From: an uncultured Pseudomonadota bacterium
GTDB taxonomy: Bacteria > Babelota > Babeliae > Babelales > Vermiphilaceae
Assembly: GCA_964495945.1 (NCBI GenBank)
Contig: CAZBWL010000001.1
Coordinates: forward strand, 181,584-245,583
Reading direction: 5' to 3'
Length of the DNA: 64,000 nucleotides
The position numbers and the translations under genes are program-made. The notes under the pieces are model-generated. The model made no database searches, was not told the DNA's origin, and worked only from the letters and a program-made list of their open reading frames with translations. Shown in pieces: positions 47,937-55,899 of the stretch; the stretch's first letter is position 1; each line of letters starts with the position of its first letter.

Positions 47937-48012
47937 ATCCCCCGTAAGACTATTATCCTTTGTTTCTTTCTATGCTATACTCTAAAATTGTATCTGTTGA
48001 AAGGGCAATATT

Positions 48013-48933
48013 ATGGGAAAAATCCTTCTGTTTTATAAATATATATCTATTCAATATCCAAAGCGTATTTTAAAGTGGCAGCAGAAGCTGTGTGCGGATT
48101 TGGAATTGAAGGGGCGAATTCTGCTGGCAACAGAAGGAATTAATGGTACCGTTGGAGGCTCTGAAGAGTCGGTGAGCCGGTATCAGGAGATTATGCGCAA
48201 GCACGAGCTCTTTACAGATGTTGATTTTAAGATGAGCGATGGCGAATCTGACTATTTTCCTCGCATGGAAATTAAAGTAAGAGATGAGATTTGTAAGTTG
48301 GGTATCCCGGCCGATGAGCTTACGGTAGCTGATGGGGGCCAGCATCTTGAGCCAAATGAAGTGCATCAACTATTGTCCGATAATCCTGAAGATCTTGTCA
48401 TTCTTGATGCTCGCAATAATTTCGAATCGCGCATAGGGACTTTCAGAGGTTCCATTACTCCCGACATTACCAACTTTAGAGACTTACCGAAATTTATAGA
48501 TGAGCATGCCGATCTTTTTGAAAATAAGCAGGTGCTTATGCATTGCACAGGGGGGATTCGGTGTGAGCGAGCGACTGCGTATCTACAAAAAAAAGGTATT
48601 GCTAAAAAGGTGTATCAAATTAAGGGTGGAATTGTTCGTTATACGGAGCAGTATCCAGACGGGCATTTTCGGGGAAAAAATTATGTATTTGATCGCCGAG
48701 TGGCGGTGCGCGTTAATGATGATGTTTTAACGCATTGTGATCTTTGCCCAGCTTTATGCGATGATTATACCAACTGTATCAATGCAGAATGCAATAACCA
48801 CTATATTTCGTGCAAGCAGTGCTTACAAAAAACAGGCAATACGTGCAGCACTCTCTGCAGTGAACGGGTGCAGCAGGGTCTTGTCAAGACGAGGATTCCA
48901 TTTAAACGGGCACCAGAACAGCGAATTGCATAA
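48013..48933 (+). CDS. trhO: rhodanese-domain tRNA uridine(34) hydroxylase (UPF0176/YceA family)
   Basis: N-terminus ILLFYKY...GRILLATEGINGTVGG. The rhodanese active-site loop is HCTGGIRCE, and the tail is Cys-rich. Confidence 0.8.
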   Translation: MGKILLFYKYISIQYPKRILKWQQKLCADLELKGRILLATEGINGTVGGSEESVSRYQEIMRKHELFTDVDFKMSDGESDYFPRMEIKVRDEICKLGIPADELTVADGGQHLEPNEVHQLLSDNPEDLVILDARNNFESRIGTFRGSITPDITNFRDLPKFIDEHADLFENKQVLMHCTGGIRCERATAYLQKKGIAKKVYQIKGGIVRYTEQYPDGHFRGKNYVFDRRVAVRVNDDVLTHCDLCPALCDDYTNCINAECNNHYISCKQCLQKTGNTCSTLCSERVQQGLVKTRIPFKRAPEQRIA

Positions 48934-48936
48934 TAC

Positions 48937-49917
48937 ATGGACATTCAAAAAGAACAACACGTGCACAACTTTAGTAATCTCATTCAATCAAATATTTCGC
49001 TTTCGGATAAAAATTGGTTTCAGACTGGAGGGCCAGCGGAATTTTTTGCAGAGCCCACCACTGATGTGGAAATGGTTCATGCAGTAATACGTGCTCAGCA
49101 AGAGAATTTGCCTATCACTCTTTTGGGAAAAGGAGCTAATGTGCTTGTGAGCGATGAGGGAGTGGCGGGTCTGGTCATACGGCCGCATTTGAATGAACTT
49201 TCTCATGAGCTTATTACCGATCAAATAGCACATGTCAAAGCTGGTGCTGGTACCGATTTGGATGAGCTGATTACCTATTGTCTTTCTAATGAACTGCTTG
49301 GGCTTGAAGAGTTTAGCGGAATTCCAGGTACTGTGGGTGGTGCTGTATACATAAATTTGCACTACTTTGAATTCTTGTTATCACATTTTTTTGTAGGTGC
49401 GAATGTACTTGATGTTCGAACAGGTTTGATTAAAGTCGTTGATAAAGAATGGTTTAAATTTGGGTATAATACCTCGAAACTTCACGAAGGTAACTATATT
49501 CTACTTGAAGCTACGTTTCGACTTATAAAAGCGGAATGGTTTGAGCTGTATTATGCGCAGGGGCGCCGAGAAGAAATTATTCGACATCGCCGAGCAAAAT
49601 ATCCCCAAAAAAATACATGCGGAAGTTTTTTTAGAAATTTTTATGAATCGGAAGTGTCGCTTGAGCGAGATGGAAAGAGGGTTATTTGGGTGGCATATTA
49701 TCTTGATAAGATTGGCGTTAAGGGCGAGCTGAGCTATGGAGATGCTCGCGTTTCATATCAGCATGCAAATATGATTGTAAATCAGGGGAGTGCTACATCG
49801 CATGATATTATTGAACTGGCTTGTGCGATGCAAAAAAAAGTTAAAGATGCTTTTGGATTAATTCCACAGCCTGAATGCAGGCTTATTGGTTTTTCAGAAT
49901 ATCCATTGATGAGGTAA
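48937..49917 (+). CDS. murB: UDP-N-acetylenolpyruvoylglucosamine reductase
   Basis: FQTGGPAEFF, LGKGANVLVSDEG and GIPGTVGGAVYINLH FAD-binding motifs. 326 aa. Confidence 0.85.
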   Translation: MDIQKEQHVHNFSNLIQSNISLSDKNWFQTGGPAEFFAEPTTDVEMVHAVIRAQQENLPITLLGKGANVLVSDEGVAGLVIRPHLNELSHELITDQIAHVKAGAGTDLDELITYCLSNELLGLEEFSGIPGTVGGAVYINLHYFEFLLSHFFVGANVLDVRTGLIKVVDKEWFKFGYNTSKLHEGNYILLEATFRLIKAEWFELYYAQGRREEIIRHRRAKYPQKNTCGSFFRNFYESEVSLERDGKRVIWVAYYLDKIGVKGELSYGDARVSYQHANMIVNQGSATSHDIIELACAMQKKVKDAFGLIPQPECRLIGFSEYPLMR

Positions 49918-49921
49918 TGAT

Positions 49922-50605
49922 ATGCTATGGAATGAAACGATTTTATTTTCTCAGATTATTCTTGTTGCTGTGACAGCCTTTGGGGCTCTTCGATTGGGAA
50001 AAAGTGCTTTAGTTGCCTATTCCGTACTGCTTATGATTTTGGCAAATATTTTTGTACTCAAGCAAATCACATTGCTCTCTTTGCATGCTACAAGTGCTGA
50101 TATTTTCGTAGTTGGTTCGATTCTTTGCTTCAATATGCTCAATGAATTTTATGGGCCAAAGCCGGCACAGCGCATGATTATTACGACGTTTGCGCTTTCA
50201 ATTTTTTTTGCCATCATAAGCCAACTTCATATATTGTATGTACCAAGTCCATTTGATGTGACCCAAGCTCACTTTGAGAAGCTTTTTTCGGCGGTGCCGT
50301 GGCTTGTGGGGGGATCGATACTTATTTTTGGTATAACGCAGTTGCTTGATTATCTGATATATTCGTTTTTAAAGCGTTGTTGGAACAATGGACCGCTTAT
50401 TGTGAGAAATTATGCCGCTCTTTTTTGTGCGCAAACGTTCGACTCAGTAGCGTTTACGGCATATATGTATTGGCTTGGGATTATTCAGGAGCCATTGCAG
50501 ATAACTTTTGTGAGTCTTATGATAAAATATATAATTATTTTACTGTCAACTCCACTGATTTTGGTATTTGCACTTATGCATCGACGAATGGGGCATGTGG
50601 AGTAG
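49922..50605 (+). CDS. yhhQ: queuosine-precursor transporter (YhhQ/VUT family)
   Basis: 227 aa with 6 TM segments. The C-terminal pattern QTFDSVAFTAYMY is typical of the DUF165/VUT family. It lies directly upstream of tgt. Confidence 0.6.
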   Translation: MLWNETILFSQIILVAVTAFGALRLGKSALVAYSVLLMILANIFVLKQITLLSLHATSADIFVVGSILCFNMLNEFYGPKPAQRMIITTFALSIFFAIISQLHILYVPSPFDVTQAHFEKLFSAVPWLVGGSILIFGITQLLDYLIYSFLKRCWNNGPLIVRNYAALFCAQTFDSVAFTAYMYWLGIIQEPLQITFVSLMIKYIIILLSTPLILVFALMHRRMGHVE

Positions 50606-50623
50606 AAAGGTGTATTTCAAGGT

Positions 50624-51754
50624 ATGAAACCGTTTCGTTTTGAGCTTATTCATCAATCAAAAAAATCTCGTGCGCGCGTTGGCCGAATCCATACGCCACA
50701 CGGTATTATAGATACTCCTAATTTTGTGGGAGTTGGTACCAATGCGACTATGAAGGGTATTGATACTACAATGGTGAGTGATATTGGATTGCAGCTTATG
50801 TTTTGCAATACCTATCATCTTATGCTACAGCCGGGGACTGGCGTCATCAAGCAGGCGGGCGGATTACATTCCTTTATGAATCGATCTATGCCATTGATTA
50901 CCGATTCAGGAGGATTTCAAGTTTTTAGCTTGATGTATGGAACCGTTAAAGATGAGCTTAAAAGCAAGGGCCAAAAAAAAGGTGATAATGCCGTATTGAA
51001 AATCAATGAAGAGGGTGTAACGTTTCGATCATATCGAGATGGTAAAAAAATTGTACTTACGCCTGAATCATCTGTACAGGCACAAAAAGATTTGGGCGCG
51101 GATATTATTATTCCATTTGATGAGCTTCCTCCCTATCATATGGATAAACGGAAATTAATAACCTCTCTTCATCGTACGCATCGATGGGAAAAGCGATCGT
51201 TAGATGAGCATCTAAAAAATCCTCAAAATCAGGCTATGTATTCTGTGATACACGGTGGAGTTGATCCTGAACTTCGTGCGCTGAGCGCTAAAACGCTATG
51301 CGATTTGCCGTTTGATGGCCATGCGATTGGCGGGAGCCTTGGTAAAGATGTGCCTGAAATGATTGGGATGCTTTCGGCTCTTATGCCATTAATTCCTACA
51401 GATAAGCCGAATCATTTATTGGGCATCGGGGATTTACAATCATTAGAGCCTGCCATTGCCTTGGGAATAGATACGTTTGATAGTTCGCATCCAACCCGTT
51501 CTGCTCGCCATGGGACATTGTTTACGCGCCGCGGATTGCTCAAAATAAATAATGCTGCTCATAAAAATTCATTTGAGCCGATAGAGCACGATTGTACATG
51601 TTATACATGCCGCCACTATACACGCGCATACCTGCAGCATCTCTTTAAGGCAAAAGAAATGGTAGCATATTCACTGGCATCGATTCATAATCTTCACTTT
51701 ATGGTTCAACTTATGGGTCATTATCGCGAGCAAATAAAGCGTGATTTGCTTTGA
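50624..51754 (+). CDS. tgt: queuine tRNA-ribosyltransferase
   Basis: TPNFVGVGT, TDSGGFQVFSL, and the zinc site CTCYTCRHYTRAYLQHL. Confidence 0.92.
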   Translation: MKPFRFELIHQSKKSRARVGRIHTPHGIIDTPNFVGVGTNATMKGIDTTMVSDIGLQLMFCNTYHLMLQPGTGVIKQAGGLHSFMNRSMPLITDSGGFQVFSLMYGTVKDELKSKGQKKGDNAVLKINEEGVTFRSYRDGKKIVLTPESSVQAQKDLGADIIIPFDELPPYHMDKRKLITSLHRTHRWEKRSLDEHLKNPQNQAMYSVIHGGVDPELRALSAKTLCDLPFDGHAIGGSLGKDVPEMIGMLSALMPLIPTDKPNHLLGIGDLQSLEPAIALGIDTFDSSHPTRSARHGTLFTRRGLLKINNAAHKNSFEPIEHDCTCYTCRHYTRAYLQHLFKAKEMVAYSLASIHNLHFMVQLMGHYREQIKRDLL

Positions 51755-51993
51755 TGATTTCAGATAGCTATCAACGAATAATTTTGATTGTATCTAAAAT
51801 TATCTTATACAAAACTGTTGCGAACTATTTTTTTATTGTGATACAGTTGCATTACTTGAAAATTAAAACATGTATTAGTGTTTTTTAATCTGTACATTTG
51901 AGACAAAAAATGCTTGCATAAAACTGTGGCTATGCTATGAATCGTAAAAGTAATGAAACATATCTCTAACCCTTTTGTTCCGGAGGATAGTCG

Positions 51994-52608
51994 ATGAGGC
52001 AATATTTAATGGAACTCATTGGCACATTTTTTTTAACCCTAGCCGTTAGCATGACTGGAGAACCGATTGCAATTGGTTTGATGGTTATGGCTATTTATTA
52101 CATCGGAGAAGCAATCTCTGGTGGATATTACAATCCAGCGCTCGCTGTAGCGGGATGGATGCGCGGTGTATTGGCAATGGAAGAGTTGCTCATTTACACA
52201 GGGGTTCAATCAATTGGTGCGTTTTTTGGCGTGTGGCTTTTCAGAGCACTTACAAATCAAGCATTTGTGCCTGAAGTAATGGCTGATTTAACGATGGGCA
52301 TGTCTATTTTGGTTGAATTGCTCATGGTTGGTCTTGTGTGCTTAGTGCTTCTTACAGTTGCTACTTCTAAAGAATATAAAGGTAGCGTTGTAAATGGTGC
52401 TGTTATCGGCCTTTCATACGCAGCAGCTCTTTTTGTAAGCCGCAGTATTTTAAACCCTGCGATTGCAATTGGTGCATATCTTGGCCAACTTTTTGTAGAT
52501 GGTGGCCCACTTTCACGCGAAATTTTATTCGTATACATCTTTGCTCCAGTTGTAGGTGCAGTTCTTGCTGCGCTTGCATTTGATTATTTGCGCCACAAAG
52601 GCAAATAA
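51994..52608 (+). CDS. MIP-family channel (aquaporin/glycerol facilitator-like)
   Basis: 204 aa with 6 TM segments and two NPA boxes (YYNPALAV and ILNPAIAIG). Confidence 0.85.
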   Translation: MRQYLMELIGTFFLTLAVSMTGEPIAIGLMVMAIYYIGEAISGGYYNPALAVAGWMRGVLAMEELLIYTGVQSIGAFFGVWLFRALTNQAFVPEVMADLTMGMSILVELLMVGLVCLVLLTVATSKEYKGSVVNGAVIGLSYAAALFVSRSILNPAIAIGAYLGQLFVDGGPLSREILFVYIFAPVVGAVLAALAFDYLRHKGK

Positions 52609-52667
52609 CGCAAAGTATGTTTCGTAGATCTCTTTCGGAACAACGTTTATAAGCGTTCCGTAGCAAT

Positions 52668-52697
52668 AAAAAACCCCGATTTATCGGGGTTTTTTAT
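52668..52697 (+). terminator. rho-independent terminator
   Basis: aaaaaCCCCGAT-tt-ATCGGGGtttttt. Confidence 0.65.
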
Positions 52698-52813
52698 TGC
52701 TTAAATAAAGCTGTGTGCTGTTATTAAACTATTATAGGTCGCAAAACTATTGAATTAATCGAATTCAATATGCTATTTTTAAGGAGATAGGAAGGTTTTT
52801 ATGGGGAGAGTAT

Positions 52814-53311
52814 ATGAAGAAGTTTCAAGCTTTACTTTTTATTATTGTTATGTTTCCGGTCCATAATATAGAGCCAAATCAATATTGGAACAAAACGAAA
52901 GCAAAAGCTCAAGATGCGTGGCAGTGGGTCAAAAAAAATCCATATAAGGCCGGAATGATTGCTACAGGGTCAGCTCTTGCTGGTGCAGGGATAGCTTCTG
53001 GTGTGCAGGCTGGGTCTCGCTACAAAAATCTTGTTAATGCCATGCAAAAGCTTGATATAGCGTTGAGCGAATCATTGATGGAAAATGTGGATGCTGATGC
53101 AACGTTATCAACTCTACAAAGCGCGCCAGTAGACTTTAGTACAAATGCGAAGACTGGGTGGAATTTTCTTTTGGCAAATCAAAGTTCATTACAAGAAGCA
53201 GGGCAATTGGCAAAAACTATTGCGAATTATCTCAGCTCTTCAAATATTGATGAGCTGATGATTGCCCGCATAGACGCAGTGCTATCGGAAATTAGATCTT
53301 TTTATAAATAG
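52814..53311 (+). CDS. hypothetical secreted/membrane protein, distant member of the 53335/54072 family
   Basis: 165 aa. After a signal-like N-terminus comes AQDAWQWVKKNPYKAGMIATGSALAGAGIASGVQAGSRYK. This parallels ARAYQWMKAHPGAALGTALAVVAGATAVGAGMRSSK in the next two genes. Confidence 0.5.
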   Translation: MKKFQALLFIIVMFPVHNIEPNQYWNKTKAKAQDAWQWVKKNPYKAGMIATGSALAGAGIASGVQAGSRYKNLVNAMQKLDIALSESLMENVDADATLSTLQSAPVDFSTNAKTGWNFLLANQSSLQEAGQLAKTIANYLSSSNIDELMIARIDAVLSEIRSFYK

Positions 53312-53334
53312 TGAGTTTTGAATAGGAGAGGTGT

Positions 53335-53640
53335 ATGAAGAAAATGAATTATGTTGTAATGGGTATTTTTGTGAGCATGCAGATTGGAATTGATGCTGCG
53401 CAGCCATCGTATTTACAGCGAGCAGGCCAGTATGCAGGCCAGTCGTATAAGGCGAGTAGAGAGCAGCTTGCAAGGGCATATCAATGGATGAAGGCACACC
53501 CAGGAGCAGCGCTTGGCACAGCCCTTGCGGTTGTAGCAGGTGCGACTGCTGTTGGAGCCGGAATGCGTTCTAGCAAATCAGTTCCGATGCAGGGGCAGAC
53601 TATGCCGAATGAACTTCCAATAGGTGGAGCAGGAGATCAA
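53335..53640 (+). repeat. duplicated N-terminal coding module (copy 1)
   Basis: Colinear with 54072..54377 at an offset of 737 nt. In my manual alignment of 53377..53640 I count about 12 mismatches in 264 nt. Similarity stops abruptly after ...gatcaa. Confidence 0.85.
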
Positions 53641-54012
53641 ATAACTTTTTATGATTCGCCTGAAAAGCCAATTGCGCTTATTAATGAAGATTCTATCAAT
53701 AGAGCGATTCAGCAATTTTATACAAAAAATCCTAAGGTTATGAAACAAGATCTTATTGATGGAAGCATCATTGAAGCTTCTGATTTTATTCAGAGTGTTA
53801 GCAATAGGTTTCCTGGTATACGAATAAATTTTGATGTTGTAAATGATCTTGTTCAGTATGATTTTAATTCTTTTAATTCTTTTATAAAAAGGGTTGCGAC
53901 TCTTTTAGATCAATGGAAAGACGATAGCGATAAACAGATAGAAATTCAAAATCTTCTATCTAAATTAGCTGTAGTTTTAGATCGCATAGATAATATTATA
54001 AAAAATGCTTAG
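53335..54012 (+). CDS. hypothetical protein with conserved N-terminal module and unique C-terminal domain
   Basis: 225 aa with a signal-like N-terminus, a helical segment and a Gly/Ala-rich TM. The C-terminal ~120 aa is unrelated to the neighbour's. Confidence 0.55.
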   Translation: MKKMNYVVMGIFVSMQIGIDAAQPSYLQRAGQYAGQSYKASREQLARAYQWMKAHPGAALGTALAVVAGATAVGAGMRSSKSVPMQGQTMPNELPIGGAGDQITFYDSPEKPIALINEDSINRAIQQFYTKNPKVMKQDLIDGSIIEASDFIQSVSNRFPGIRINFDVVNDLVQYDFNSFNSFIKRVATLLDQWKDDSDKQIEIQNLLSKLAVVLDRIDNIIKNA

Positions 54013-54071
54013 GGCAAAAATAGTATTTTTTGTGTTTTATAGAGTGATTAATAGTTAATGAGGGAGAGTAT

Positions 54072-54377
54072 ATGAAGAAGGTCAATTATATAGTATTGAG
54101 TATTTTTGTGGGTATGCAGATTGGAATTGATGCTGCGCAGCCATCGTATTTACAGCGAGTAGGCCAGTATGCAGGGCAGGCATATAAGGCGAGTAGAGAG
54201 CAGCTTGCAAGAGCATACCAGTGGATGAAGGCACACCCAGGAGCAGCGCTTGGCACAGCCCTTGCGGTTGTAGCAGGTGCGACTGCTGTTGGAGCCGGAA
54301 TGCGTTCTAGCAAATCAGTTCCGATGCAGGGGCAGACTATGCCAAATGAAATTCCAATAGGAGGAGCTGAAGATCAA
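54072..54377 (+). repeat. duplicated N-terminal coding module (copy 2)
   Basis: See copy 1. A run of more than 130 nt is identical (tggatgaaggcacaccc...gcagactatgcc). Confidence 0.85.
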
Positions 54378-54623
54378 ACAATTCAAACAATTCAAAATTC
54401 GAATGAAGAATTTATTCAGTATTTTAAAGAAGAATATCCCGATCAAATGAAAGATTTTAACATAGAAGCCTTAGATAAAAATAAAAAATTAGATTTAATG
54501 ATGGCTATAGAATTAGCTAAAGAGGAACCTAAATTTTATGAAATCATAAACTATTATACATCTCAAGACGGTAAGCCTGATGAGTATATTGGCGCAGGAA
54601 TAGTTGATGCTTTTTATGAATAA
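54072..54623 (+). CDS. hypothetical protein with conserved N-terminal module and unique C-terminal domain
   Basis: 183 aa. The first ~100 aa are nearly identical to 53335..54012, and the C-terminal ~80 aa are unrelated. Confidence 0.55.
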   Translation: MKKVNYIVLSIFVGMQIGIDAAQPSYLQRVGQYAGQAYKASREQLARAYQWMKAHPGAALGTALAVVAGATAVGAGMRSSKSVPMQGQTMPNEIPIGGAEDQTIQTIQNSNEEFIQYFKEEYPDQMKDFNIEALDKNKKLDLMMAIELAKEEPKFYEIINYYTSQDGKPDEYIGAGIVDAFYE

Positions 54624-54644
54624 ATTGAAGCTACGTTAGCTTAT

Positions 54645-54671
54645 AAAGCCCCGCATATTGCGGGGCTTTTT
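54645..54671. terminator. bidirectional rho-independent terminator
   Basis: aaaGCCCCGC-atatt-GCGGGGCttttt, between convergent genes. Confidence 0.65.
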
Positions 54672-54672
54672 C

Positions 54673-55899
54673 TTATCTTTTGCATCGAGCAACATCGCCG
54701 CGAGATTTTTTATCGGGCCCTTTGCTAGTAGGCTTGATATCAAAATCAAATATTTCGGTTGGGATATACACAGTTGTCATGGCATTTGGGATGTCGACAA
54801 TTCCACTGATGCGGCCCTCAACTGGCGCTGTACTTAAAATCATATAGGCCTGTTCGCCCGTATATCCAAATTTTTTGAGGTATTCAATTGCATTCATGCA
54901 GGCATTTTTATATGAAATAAAAGGATCAAGATAATGTTGTTTACCTTTTTCATCGACAGAAATACCTTCGAAGGTAAGATAATCGCAATATCGAGGCTCG
55001 AGAGGGCTTGTTTGGAAAATGGGGTTGGTAGTAACGCCATATTTTTTCATGCCATCTTTAATAATGTTGACTTTAATATCAATAAAGCCAGCCATTTCAA
55101 TTGCGCCGCAGAATGAAATTTCTCCGTCTCCCTGGCTAAAATGAATATCGCCCATGGAAAGATTTCCACCTTTTACAAATACAGGAAAATAGGCGCGTGA
55201 TCCTCTCGTAAGGTTTTTGATATCGCAGTTGCCCCCATTTTCACGGCCAGGAACTGTTCGAGCGCCTTCCTTCATAATTTTTTCTGCTTTTGTACCCGTT
55301 GCTTTTCCAGCAAGTGCACCTTTTTTTTCCGGAAGATTGCAAAGAGGAGGCACTCGCTTTGGATCCGTGCGGTGTAAAGCCTTTTCTCGCTTAGTCCATT
55401 CTTCAAGAAGCTTATGAGATGGGGCAGTGCCGATTAGGCCTGAATGTATGATTCCTGCAAATCGTACGTTCTTTATATGGCGAGATACGGCATAAATGCC
55501 TTCAAAATCCCAAATTGCTTTGCATGCATTAGGAAAATGGTCAGTCAAAAATCCGCCGCCATTTTTTCGATCAAAAATACCGGTAAAGCCCCAGGGTGCA
55601 CCAGGCAGTGGCCCAAGATCAAGAATATCCACTACGAGCAAATCCCCAGGCTCAGCACCTTTAACGGCTATGGGGCCGCTTAAATAGTGAACTTGCGTTA
55701 AATCTACATCGCGCATATCATCAGCTGAATCGTTATTTTTAATTTGGCCGCCTGTCCAATCAAGGCATTCGACACGAAAATATGCTCCGGGTTCGACCAC
55801 TTTGACCGCGGGAATGTCTGGATGCCATCTATTGTGCAGAGGGATTGGTTGATCCTTGGGAGAGTTGCTCACTTCCACCGATATTAATGTTTCTGGCAT
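54673..55899 (-). CDS. formamidase/acetamidase (FmdA_AmdA family)
   Basis: PLHNRWHPDIP near the N-terminus, later GGNCDIKNL and GDIHFSQGDGE, which I recall as typical of the acetamidase/formamidase family. Start set at MPETLISVE (55899). The ORF itself extends to 55932. Confidence 0.8.
   Translation of the reverse strand: MPETLISVEVSNSPKDQPIPLHNRWHPDIPAVKVVEPGAYFRVECLDWTGGQIKNNDSADDMRDVDLTQVHYLSGPIAVKGAEPGDLLVVDILDLGPLPGAPWGFTGIFDRKNGGGFLTDHFPNACKAIWDFEGIYAVSRHIKNVRFAGIIHSGLIGTAPSHKLLEEWTKREKALHRTDPKRVPPLCNLPEKKGALAGKATGTKAEKIMKEGARTVPGRENGGNCDIKNLTRGSRAYFPVFVKGGNLSMGDIHFSQGDGEISFCGAIEMAGFIDIKVNIIKDGMKKYGVTTNPIFQTSPLEPRYCDYLTFEGISVDEKGKQHYLDPFISYKNACMNAIEYLKKFGYTGEQAYMILSTAPVEGRISGIVDIPNAMTTVYIPTEIFDFDIKPTSKGPDKKSRGDVARCKR

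Noticed and set aside
49918-49922. A preQ1 riboswitch upstream of yhhQ-tgt.
   Set aside because: yhhQ starts 4 nt after the murB stop, so there is no leader to hold a riboswitch.
51755-51993. A 240-nt leader upstream of the aquaporin as a possible riboswitch or promoter (TTGCAT-16-TATGAA).
   Set aside because: I recognise no conserved riboswitch core, and the promoter match is weak. I therefore did not report it as a feature.
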